NCBI RefSeq assembly: GCF_006345805.1
Contig: NC_043001.1
Coordinates: 113,336,001 to 113,400,000, forward strand
Direction of reading: 5' to 3'
From: Octopus sinensis
Taxonomy: Eukaryota
Length of the DNA stretch: 64,000 bases
The position numbers and the translations under genes are program-made. Shown here piece after piece: positions 53,292-64,000 of this stretch. The notes under the pieces were generated by a model. The model had not been told where the DNA came from. It worked only from the letters and a program-made list of their open reading frames with translations, and made no database searches. Every line of letters begins with the position of its first letter. Position 1 is the stretch's first letter.

Positions 53292-53770
53292 AGGGTTCAG
53301 CAAAAAATTTGCTTCACCATATACCGAAATTTAGAAATAGCAGCCAAAACTAGCTATTTCTCTACCATAAAATCTCACAGACAACAATACTCAACAACTC
53401 ATGTAGGCAAAGAGGTAAAATAAAGAATTAACTGTGGACGTATTTCGGAGTTAGACAAATGGCAAAATTATTAATTATTGATTGATTAATTTTACCCTGT
53501 ATTATTATTGATACATAAATATATATATCAAATTCTGTAAGTTCAAGACCTTTCATCGGATCTCCAGGAATCGAACTTTCTTCAATGCAGTTAAACTTAC
53601 ACCCTCATTTGTATCTACCCCTTTTGATGTTTGGGAATCTCTGATGTTTTTTCGGCTGACGAGTACGAGCCATCTATATTTACTACATTTTTTGTAGCTT
53701 ATTAAAGATGTCCTCGTACGAAACAATTGTACCGAGATTTTAATCCATTCTTGTTGCTTTTTTCCTATAT
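53292..53770. mobile_element. PLE-terminal-type element: arm, degenerate minus hammerhead (53430-53592), canonical plus hammerhead
   Basis: Arm homologous to 22498-22575; minus aactgca TTGAAGA..cc GAAAT ac GTC cacagtt. Confidence 0.6.
53650..53737 (+). ncRNA. Type I hammerhead ribozyme, canonical core
   Basis: tttcgg CTGACGA GTACGAG..CTCGTAC GAAAC aatt GTA ccgaga; stem I 6 bp (1 G-U), stem II 7 bp plus extension, palindromic stem III ACAATTGT, GUA site after 53731. Confidence 0.88.
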
Positions 53771-53791
53771 ATATATATATTTTTTTTTTTT

Positions 53792-54180
53792 ATTTGTTTC
53801 AGTCATTTGACTGCGGCCATGCTGGAGCACCGCCTTTAATCGAGCAACTCGACTCCGGGACTTATTCTTTGTAAGCCCAGTACTTATTCTATCGGTCTAT
53901 TTTGCCAAACCGCTAAGTGACGGGGACATAAACACACCAGCATCGGTTGTCAAGCAATGCTAGGGGGACAAACACAGACACACAAACACACACACACATA
54001 CACATACATATATATCTGCATATATACGACGGGCTTCTTTCAGTTTCCGTCTACCAAATCCACTCACAAGGCTTTGGTCGGCCCGAAGCTACAGTAGAAG
54101 ACACTTGCCCAAGGTGCCACGCAGTTGGACTGAACCCGGAACCATGTGGTTGGTAAACAAGTTACTTACCACACAGCCAC
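53792..54180 (-). mobile_element. SINE family B
   Basis: Homologous to 49385-49788. Confidence 0.93.
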
Positions 54181-54194
54181 TACATATAAATATA

Positions 54195-54234
<40 letters not shown>

Positions 54235-54239
<5 letters not shown>

Positions 54240-54637
54240 GCAGTATCGCCCGGCGTTGCTCGGGTTTGTAAGGGAAATAACTATATAAGCATTTTTAGAG
54301 AGTTATAGCCAAAAAATAGCAAAAAATGCATTAAAAATGGAAAAAAAATTATGGTAAATTTTTTTTAAATCGTTGACTCATCGTAGACATATTTAGAGAG
54401 TTACTTCCCTTATATAAGAGCGAAAAAAATGCATTAAAATGGAAAAAAATTATGGTAAATTATTTTTAAAATCGTAGACTCATCGTAGACGCGCGCTAAT
54501 ACCCAGAAGGGCTCGGTATGAATCACGACTATAAGATACCCGGTTTTGGTTAAACTGCACCGCAAAATGTGGGAGTAGTTAGGAATCTAAATCGTAGGAG
54601 ACAGACACTCACACAACTTCACTGATATTATAAAGAT
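54235..54637 (+). mobile_element. Non-autonomous Helitron/Helentron-type element, copy 3, with internal duplication of about 100 bp
   Basis: Same ends as copies 1 and 2; the block tttagagagtta..gactcatcgtagac occurs twice. Confidence 0.75.
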
Positions 54638-54644
54638 ATATATA

Positions 54645-54675
<31 letters not shown>

Positions 54676-55106
54676 ATATACATGTATATTTATGTGTATA
54701 TATTATATATATCTTATATGTATATTATCTATCTATCATATATGTATGTATATATATATATATCTGAGAGTGTATATAACTATACACTCTCATACACATA
54801 CACACGCACGCACACATTTACATGCCTGTGTACTTGTATGTGTGTATTCTCAGTCCTTTCCAAGAACATCGGTCTTCTGGAATTTTCTCCTTGCCCATGT
54901 CTTTACTGTAGGTATTAACCTTTAACAGTTTAAATGGAACTTCGTTAGCATAAAGCTCACTCGTCTCGGTGGACCATCAGAGTTCATGGGGCATCGTAGC
55001 TTTCGCCATACTCAGCAAGGTATGGGAAGAGTACGATATTCGGCAAGGTAAATATGTATGTATGTGTGTGTGTGTGTAAATACATATACATATAAACATA
55101 AACACA

Positions 55107-55532
55107 TACTCTTTTACTCTTTTACTTGTTTCAGTCATTTGACTGCGGCCATGCTGGAGCACCGCCTTTAGTCGAGCAAATCGACCCCAGGACTTATTCT
55201 TTGTAAGCCTAGTACTTATTCTATCGGTCTCTTTTTTGCCGAACCTCTAAGTGACGGGGACGTAAACACACCAGCATCGGTTGTCAAGCAATGCTAGGGG
55301 AACAAATACAGACACACAAACATACACACACACACATATATGTATATATATATATACATACATATATACGACGGGCTCTTCAGTTCCGCTACCAAACCAA
55401 ATCCACTCACAGGCTTTGGTTGGCCCGAGGCTATAGTAGAAGACACTTGCCCAAGATGCCACGCAGTGGGACTGAACCCGGAACCATGTGGTTGGTAAGC
55501 AAGCTACTTACCACACAGCCACTCCTGCGCCT
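55107..55532 (-). mobile_element. SINE family B, full length
   Basis: Homologous to 49385-49788. Confidence 0.93.
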
Positions 55533-56244
55533 ATACATACATGTTTGAATGCATAGATATATACATACATGCATAAAGAAACTAATATGTATTGCATGTA
55601 GGTATGTGTCTGGTTCTATAAAGAAACAGGACGGAAGAATATTTTGCACACTTCGGTTACTGAGTTAAATAAATATGTAAGTATTCGCCATAAATAAATA
55701 AATAAATAAATACATAAATAAATATATAAATGACTATAAAGAAAAAGAAATACACGCGCAACATTACAGTATGTGAATAGATCAAATAATAAAGGAGTAG
55801 CATGAAAATGGGTGATTTTTATAGTTATATCTTAAGATTATATAAGAAAATATAACATCAACAGATGAATACAGACGCAAAACGTTCCGTTCCGGATATC
55901 ATATTTTTCATGATATAAAATTTTCATGACGTCATCATTCACAGTGTAATGGAGCGAAGATGTTGTTAGACGAAGTACATTCGCTTTCCTGTTGAGTGTC
56001 ATAAAACTTACATGAAGCCAAAGAGCGAAGAAAAACCAAGCCCTCCCTCTTCTTGTCTATATGTCTTTCTCCGTTTAGGGTTGATAGCCTCATAGAAGCC
56101 TTTTATGAGGTTTTATGTAGACCTATGATTTATGGAATATATTTAAAGTCAAGAATATTACGCTGCTATATCAGCCAAGAATATTTTACAAATGTACATG
56201 TTCTGCACGATGAGAGAAATAATCAATATATAATATCTGCCTCG

Positions 56245-56283
<39 letters not shown>

Positions 56284-56315
56284 TCACAGTCTGTCAGTCT
56301 CTCTGCCTGTCTGCC

Positions 56316-56356
<41 letters not shown>

Positions 56357-56365
56357 GTCTTTCTT

Positions 56366-56424
<59 letters not shown>

Positions 56425-56834
56425 GTCTGTCTATCTGTCTGTCTGTATGTCTGTCTGCCTGTCTATCTGTCTGTCTGTCTGGCTGGCTGGCTGGTTGTGT
56501 GCCTGTCAGTCAGTCAGACTTTCTCTCTGTTTCCCTGTCTATCTTTCAGTCTGTCTACTGAGAGTTTGTCTATCTGCATGTCAGTCAGTCTGTCTGCCTT
56601 TCTCTTTGTCTCTGTCTGTCAGTCTGTTTGTCCATCTGCATGTCTATGTATGTATGTATGATTGTATGTATGTATGTATGTATGTATGTATGTATGTATG
56701 TATGTATGTATGTATGTATGCATGCATGCATGTATGTATGTATGTATGTATGTATGTATGTATGTATGTATGTATGCATCTATCTATCATCATCTTATTC
56801 TATCTATCTATCATCTATCTAATCTATCTATCTA

Positions 56835-56865
<31 letters not shown>

Positions 56866-56995
56866 GTCTATCTATCTGTCTCTCTTTCTCTCTATCCATC
56901 TGTCTATCTGTCTGACCATCTGTCTATGTCTCTCAGGCCATCTGTGAGTCTGTCTCTCTGTCTTTCTGTTCATCTCTCTATCTATCTGTTTATTT
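56245..56995. repeat. Compound (TTTC)n/(TGTC)n/(TATC)n/(TATG)n array
   Basis: Directly visible. Confidence 0.95.
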
Positions 56996-57107
56996 AGCCG
57001 TCGATATACGTATGCACTTATGTATGTAGGTATCTACCAGTTTATATAGCTTACGTGCCTAATTTAATGCTTAAACATATACACGCGTATATATATATAA
57101 GTCTGTT

Positions 57108-57905
57108 CGAGGGTTGGTTGAAAAATTTATAGGTTGACCAAGATACAAAGAATGTGACCAAATGAGGTTTATTTTTCACCATAGTCCTCCTTGCAGTCCC
57201 CACACTTATTCCATTGGTGTTACGTTACTTGGATGCCATTGGCAAATAAGCTTTCATACTGTTGGTAAAAAAAGTCAGATATGACGTCATCAACAACAGA
57301 TATGAAGTCATCTTCACTGCGATTCTGGATCCCAGCCAAATGATTTTTCAAGAGAATACAGGAGATATAATCAACTAGTTGAAAATGATAGTCACACACA
57401 GCAACCAAGGACCAGTGTGCTGGAGTATTGCCCAGATGAAACGAGTCTTTCGTCAGTTTTCCTGAGCGTTTGGTCTTGATAGCCTTTCATAACTGCCTCC
57501 GCAACTTGGCATAGTACACTCCATTGACGGTGTGGCCGTTTTGAAAATCCATAAGCACAATGCCTTTTGCATCCCCTAAAATTCAGCTATCATCTTCTCT
57601 GCAGATGAAACGATTTTGGTTTTATTTGGAACAGGTGAAAGTAGGGTATTTCCACCGCACGGGTTGTCTCTGTCACTGAGTTAAACTTGTGAACCCAACA
57701 CTCACCCTGGGTAATGAAACGGTCAAGGTTTAGTTCCCAAGGACATACATGCTGACATGCTTGCTACATTAGGTGATGACGCTGCAGTGCCGTCAACTGT
57801 GCAAAAATGGGCAGATGAATTTAGGATGGTAAGGGAGGGTGTTGAAGATGACCCAAGATCTGAACGTTCTGCAACTGCCACCACCGAGGAAAATATTGAC
57901 CGAAG
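57108..57905. mobile_element. Mariner transposon relic with internal inversion
   Basis: Minus 57169-57725: LDRFITQGECWVH..KNHLAG..DDVIS (catalytic C-terminal half). Plus 57727-57905: GLVPKDIHADMLATLGDDA..TVQKWADEFR..VEDDPRSERSATATTEENIDR (HTH). TIR-like 57108-57139. Confidence 0.9.
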
Positions 57906-58587
57906 ATTATAGCTTATTGTGAAATAGTATTGGGAGCTGATGATTCAATTAGTAAAGATTGCATCGAGTTTGCTAAAAATTCTGTTGGAAGAAATACAGT
58001 GTTGCTTGGTCATGAATTAAAAATTTCCTTGAAATCTTTAAAAACGTCGCGTGATACATATTTGTATCGCCTTGTTATACATTATAAATAAATAAAGAAA
58101 AAGTTGTCTTTTGGTAACATATCAGGTCCTCCCATAAGTTCCGTCCGATTTTATCTCTTTTAAAATTGAATGAAATTTACTAGTATTTTAGAATGTCTAA
58201 TGGAATTTTGGATTCCCACGTTTTCAGTACTGTTATTGTTTGCCGCAATCTTTAAACGTGACTTTTTGCGACAAAGTTTTTTGTACGATAACAATTTTAA
58301 TAATGTAAAGGCCAACCCTGAGAGGAAACTAAAAACATTCCGAGCCAAATTCGGACCTGCAATCCTGAAATATTGGATTCCTATGTTTTCATTCCTACGA
58401 TTGTTTTCGGCGAATTTTTTGCATGATTTTTTTGTGACGTATATGATCATGATTGGGATAGGAGTTTGGAGGAAACAATTGCAACAAATTCTCCATAACA
58501 AGTCAGAGATCTGTTTGGAGATCTTCCCATTCGGAGTCAGTTGCTTAAAAGCTATATACTAGATTAAAAGCTGTCTGATATATATAA

Positions 58588-58744
58588 TGGGCTACTTTCC
58601 GTTTCTGCCTACAGAATCCACGTACAAGGTATTAAACGGCTCGGGGCTAGAGTAGAAAATCGTCCAAGGTTCCACGTAGTGGGGTTGAAACCAGAACTAT
58701 GATTTTGGGAAGTAAATTTCTTACCCCACAGCTATGCCTGCGCC
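58588..58744 (-). mobile_element. Degenerate SINE family B, 5' part
   Basis: ccgtttctgcctacagaatccac..acaagg..ccaaggttccacgtagtggg..cacagctatgcctgcgcc. Confidence 0.7.
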
Positions 58745-59439
58745 AAGATATATCATACAAACGTACGCATACACATACGCGTACAAACTTAGAGAACAAA
58801 GTGTGTGTGTGTGTGAGTGTGTGTGTGTGAGAGAAAGAGAGAGAGAGAGTGAAGAGAGAAAAAGAAAGAGAGGGGAAAGTAAGGGAGAGAAGGAGATGGG
58901 AAAGATGGATAGAATCTGAGAGAATTGGCAGAAGAGAAAAAGAGGAAGTAAAATAAGTAAAGTAAAGTGGTTTAAAGAAAGATAATATTAAGTAAGCATA
59001 TATATAAAAAAAGCAATATTTTGATGACATAATCAAAAATAGCTGAAAGCATAAAACTGAGGAAAATATTGTCAGAAGCCAAGGAAATGTATGATAAACA
59101 TTGGAAGATCGTTGGTCTATTGAAAACGGATTATGAAGATCTTCCAAAAAATGATTTCATGAAGAATTTGCGTGTGAGCGTGTGTGTGTGTGTGTGGTGC
59201 GCGCGAGTGTGTGTTGTGCGTGTTTGTTTGTTTGTTCGTTTGTTTGTGTGTGTGTGTGTTTGTGTGTGTATGTGTGCGTAGTGTGTAGTGCGCACGCGTA
59301 TGGATAGGGATGTATATCTGAATATATATAAGATACACACAGACACCCGTATATATAGAAACGTATACACGCACACGCGCACACACACATAAATATAAAT
59401 AAAATACACACACACCTGCATATATATACATATATATGC

Positions 59440-59466
59440 ATACATATATATATATTCATATATATA

Positions 59467-59507
<41 letters not shown>

Positions 59508-59555
59508 CATTGTATAGAGGGCATTATTACACATACATATATATATATATAATAT

Positions 59556-59600
<45 letters not shown>

Positions 59601-59790
59601 CATATATATACATACATACACAAATATTTATGTACAGGTATATATATATATATATATACATATATGCATATATAAGTACATCTATGCGCGCGCACACCAC
59701 ACATATATGTGTGTGTGTTGTGTGTGTGTGTGTATGTGTGGTTGTGTGTTTTTTCTATGTCTGTGTATGTATGTATGTGTATATGTTGTG
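59440..59790. repeat. (TA)n/(TG)n tracts
   Basis: Directly visible. Confidence 0.9.
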
Positions 59791-60439
59791 TATTTAGTAT
59801 TTATTTAGTACGCAATAGGACTTCATGTTTTGTTGAACGTCTTGTTCAACAGTGAATTTTCTACCAATGATTCAGATTTTATGATTTTATTCATTTAATA
59901 TTTTTTTCACGACGAAACTGGTGTTTACATATGATCGTATCAATAGTTATTAATAGACGAGCTAAGACTATTTATTTTCTTGTTGAAAGCCGAGGTGATA
60001 AGTTTGTACGTTTATGTGTGTTTAAGCATTTGTACTTGAAGTGGTTGAATTTTGGTTTAAGCATACTATATAATCCTTTATAATTTATTTATTTTTTGAA
60101 ATTTTCAGAAAATTTTTGCGTATTTGTATTTTCCATACTGGAATTCACCCGATAATGCAAAAAAAAAATGCATTTGATTTAAGGGCAATTTAGCTGTGGT
60201 TTTCAGCACATCTCCCGACCAACTGATACCCTTCACTTTTCTTTGTTTTCCAATATTTTCGATGTCTTTCAATGCTTTTGTCTCTGTAATCATTTAATGG
60301 AACGATGATTCACTCAAGAGTGGTCCTTAGCTGGGATTTAAGCAAAAGAATTCCGACTGTCTGTATTTTAAACTCTGATTTTAAAAACGAAATTGGAAAA
60401 GAGTGAAACTTTTAGGATTTATGGAGTAGGGGAGGTGGA

Positions 60440-61960
60440 GAACGCAATTTTTTTTTCATAGTCGTATATGGATTACCGTGTATAGAAAACAAATTCCAAC
60501 AATCTCTTCTCTCCCTCCTCCAGCTGACAGTTTTTTGTACTTTTTCGCGACGGAAAATGCACCTCTTGTGGACTAGAAAATCTGAATATATGAATTTCTT
60601 TATAGCTATCGGCTCATTTCACTCTGTTCAGGTAAATGACCTATTTGGATGATGTATCTTATTTGAATTATATTAGAAATATTCCAAACCTCGGAGGTGA
60701 ATTATCTCCTGAAGATTCTTCTGGTGACGAATACTATCTACAGTCTAACTGAATTAGAAATACTAAGAAAATCCCTACAAAAATGTTTTAGAAATCATAT
60801 TTAATCTGTTACCTTTGACAAAATGATTAAAATTGTAAATTTTCTCGATGTGAACCTTGATTTAAATTCTAGTCTTTATTATTCTTATCATAAATCTAAT
60901 TAAATTCTACATATATAAATAAAATATCCAATCACCCTAGATCCAGTATAAATATTTTATTTAGGCATATTTCAATTAGAAGTTTTAATTTTTCTGCTAA
61001 TGAAAGAACATTTAAAGGTACCTCAAGCGTATTATATCGAAAATCTAGTATGAGGTGGATATGTAAAAAGAAAATACAAACACACTACTAAAGATAAACT
61101 GCGACTTAATTTAATAAGCCTAGCTATATTAATACGATTTCTAATGATAAAATTACGAGCAACAAGCTTAAAATTTACCGCGACAAATATCAATAGACAA
61201 CTCGACTGTAATCGTACTAAAAATGAAAATACGGTATCGGAAAGATCTAACAATAGAAGTTATATTCTGCCTAGTAATAAATACAATCATTTACCGAATA
61301 ATCCAATAAATGATATTAGGATGACTTTAAATTTAAATATAATGAATTAAACAAAACTCTCCCTGACTAAACCTTTTAGACCCAGTACAGACAAGCATGT
61401 TTTTATAACACAGTCAGAACACTACATATTATAGAAAATATAATAATCAATGTAAGCATTGCATCTTCAAATACAAGAAATAAGATGTTTTTGCCTTTTC
61501 ATAATAATAAACCAATAGAAATATTTCTAGTATTTCTAACATTTATAGTAATACACATGATGCTTCTCAATCTCCACATCCTAACATCAAACCTTCCAAT
61601 AACTAACCTACTAAGGTAAAAAATGACTCTCCTATCACTTAAAATAAGGACTTTTCGTTCAATACTACCAGTAAAATAGAAAACGAAATATTACCTGATA
61701 TAATGTTCCATTTCAAGAAATGTCAGACCTAGGATTGCACACTAATTAAAAAAAAATTTTAATGGAAATTTTCTCATGAAAACATAAATATTACGAAGTT
61801 TTTTAATAAGTCAACCGTTAAACTTTCTTACTGTTTCATGCATAATTCAGACGCTATTACTACAAATCTCTCTAAATATAACAAGTATGATACTATTTTC
61901 AAACATACCAACAATTTTAACTTTAAGAATGATTGTCCCACAGATTATGTTAATTGTATC
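60440..61960 (+). mobile_element. Penelope-like element, heavily degenerate RT-thumb-linker
   Basis: Fragments IGSFHSVQVNDLFG (MGS.DGAEV.ELVG), KIVNFLDVNLDLN..YHKSN..INKISNHP, AYY.ENL..GY, FNKSTVKLSYCFMHN and KNDCP follow the PLE order. Confidence 0.85.
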
Positions 61961-62057
61961 AATACGGACTACAATTAGAACGGTAGCATGGGTAGAGGTC
62001 GTCTTTTAGGGCTGTACTAACAGGAATGATACTCCCAAGAAAAAAAAATGAACGAAG

Positions 62058-62087
62058 ATAATAATAATAATAATAATAATGATGATA

Positions 62088-62143
<56 letters not shown>

Positions 62144-62146
62144 TAA

Positions 62147-62177
<31 letters not shown>

Positions 62178-62180
62178 AAT
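62058..62180. repeat. (AAT)n(AAG)n microsatellite
   Basis: Directly visible. Confidence 0.95.
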
Positions 62181-62183
62181 ACT

Positions 62184-62863
62184 CACATGTGAGTGAGTGT
62201 AGTTAGCTGGTCCCAAAAACACTACAAAAGGAAGTAAGATAACGGCTAGGTTCGTCCAATGGAGGCTATGTATAAAGTACGGCCGAACAGAGCACGGAAA
62301 TGGTTCGAACATGAACCAGAAGGAATCTCAGAGAACAAGGAATATGAGGCACTGTGGCATTTTCCAATCCAATGTGACTCCCTAATCAAAGCTCGGAGAC
62401 TAGATATGTTTGTGGTAGATAATAGAAAAACGGAATCCAAGATTATAGATATTGCAATACCTGTCGAGGCACGTGTAAATGACAAAAAAAAAAAAACTAG
62501 AAAAGATTGAAAAGCACAAACTACTAAAAGACGAAATTGCAAGAATGTGAACTATGGGAAGAGTGCCTGTCATTCTTGTAGTTGTAGGGGCACTCGGAGC
62601 ACTAACAGCTAAGTTCGAGAAATATGTGAGAGAAATCGGAATTCACTTGAGAGCAGAGCAAGCTCCCAAAACTGCACTGCTGGGGGTCAGGTAGGATTTT
62701 GAAATTGGTATTTGGACGTAGAATGTCTCCCAGGATAATTAACGACCGAGTATCAAAGCTTAAAATGTGCGGAAAGAGACCCTGTGAGACCTGACAGCCG
62801 GCTGCTGTCCGCTCCCACAAAAATCTACCAGAGCAAACAAGATCGAGAGCCCTGAGAGGTAAA
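62184..62863 (+). mobile_element. R4/Dong-type non-LTR retrotransposon, 3' fragment (Zn-knuckle end, restriction-like endonuclease, 3' UTR)
   Basis: H..SEC..QKHYK; KWFEHEPEGISENKEYEALWHFPIQCDSLIKARRLDMFVVD..KIIDIAIP; VILVVVGALGA; between trinucleotide repeats. Confidence 0.9.
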
Positions 62864-62929
62864 ACAACAACAACAACAACAACAATAATAACATCAACAT
62901 TAACAACAACAACAACAACAATAATAATA

Positions 62930-62980
<51 letters not shown>

Positions 62981-62986
62981 ATAATC

Positions 62987-63197
62987 CTTTCTCCTGTAGG
63001 CACAAAGCCTGACATTTTGGTGGAGGGGATTAGTCGATTACATCACCCCCAGAGTGTCGCTGGTACTTAGTTTATTGACCCAGAAAGTAGAAAGGCAAAG
63101 TCGTCGTTGGCGGAATTCGAACTCAGAACGTAAGAAACAGACGAAATACCGCTAAGCATTTTGCCCGGCATACTAATGACTTTGCCAGCTCACCGCC
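62987..63197 (-). mobile_element. SINE family A, short-tail variant
   Basis: Family A head at 63197; tail ..ggctttgtgcctacaggagaaaggatt. Confidence 0.85.
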
Positions 63198-63253
63198 TTC
63201 ATAACAACAACAGCGGCAGCAGCAGCAGCAGCAACAACAATAACAACAATAAT

Positions 63254-63807
63254 ATGCCCTGATGCAGTTCCAGGCAGTGGCTCTCATGGCTTCTGATCTG
63301 ATCTTCACTGGAAGTGTTATCATGTACATTGTTTTGTCTTGGTATAAAAGATAGACTACAGCAAATATTCTGCTCAATACCACAGATTTGCTTGTCAGTT
63401 GTTTGACCTTAATCAGTTGAGCATGTCCCTTAGTGGCTGACGATATGTGCATCTCTGATCATGAGCAGAAGTAGTAGGGAGCATCATAGTAATGTGTCAA
63501 GAGGAATTCTTTGGGGTTTGGATAATGCACCTCTTGAAACATGGGTGTTTCGTTCATCATCCTTAGACAACCCTTATTCAGGAACCTTTTGCGTGAGATG
63601 GGCTACTCAACCCGAAGAAAATTAACTGGGACCCACCTGCAAGTGCATGTGCTGTTTATCGTGATATGAGATCACCATGTCGCACACATATGGTTGCGGT
63701 GCATGTGCCTAGTGTACCCTTATGAGACGGGTAGTCATGATGGGTATACTAGGCTTCATATATTTTACCCTAGTATTACTCTGATAGCATGCGCTGCTCT
63801 CTCACTC
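63254..63807 (+). mobile_element. Non-coding element D, copy 2, in (AAC/AAT)n
   Basis: Aligns end to end with 26645-27195. Confidence 0.85.
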
Positions 63808-63858
63808 AATAATAATAGTTGCAATAATGGCTGTAATAATATTAATAATGGTCATAAT

Positions 63859-63902
<44 letters not shown>

Positions 63903-64000
63903 TAAAACTATGAAAAGGATAAAATGCAGCATAGATAATTATTTTTATTAAGTATAGAATGGAGAGGATAAAATAGACGGAAACAAAAAAATTCTAATAT

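Noticed and set aside
27825-57960. Other CTGANGA matches (27833, 28563, 33266, 42251, 43503, 57939)
   Set aside because: No paired stem II followed by GAAA and a cleavage triplet
60440-60650. Strong AG acceptor, open frame and GT donor resembling an exon
   Set aside because: The frame is degenerate Penelope RT sequence
63254-63330. HDV-like ribozyme at the 5' end of element D
   Set aside because: A short gcc.tg/caggc stem is present, but I could not build the nested double pseudoknot by eye

Overview
AT-rich, microsatellite-dense animal genomic DNA, most likely octopus (inferred from the tRNA-derived SINE families and repeat landscape). I found no supportable host protein-coding gene, rRNA, true tRNA or CRISPR array, so this looks intronic or intergenic. 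Almost all long ORFs in the track are microsatellite artefacts. Supportable content: (i) decayed TEs, namely three Penelope-like element (PLE) fragments (RT and two types of GIY-YIG), a CR1-type LINE, two R4/Dong-type LINE fragments with restriction-like endonuclease embedded in microsatellites, two mariner relics (one internally inverted), three Helitron/Helentron-type non-autonomous copies, Tc1- and Tigger-type MITEs and a MULE/foldback-like element; (ii) about 35 tRNA-headed SINE copies with modular tails; (iii) the most striking signal, a set of type I hammerhead ribozyme (HHR) motifs of the minimal PLE kind. Two are fully canonical (22670-22752 minus, 53650-53737 plus) and about nine are degenerate. 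Several sit in or between long inverted repeats, and one forms the tail of a tRNA-headed SINE carrying a PLE-style inverted terminal piece. This suggests non-autonomous, ribozyme-carrying elements mobilised by PLEs (inference). All calls were made by eye without alignment or folding tools; coordinates are good to a few bp for motifs and tens of bp for decayed repeats.
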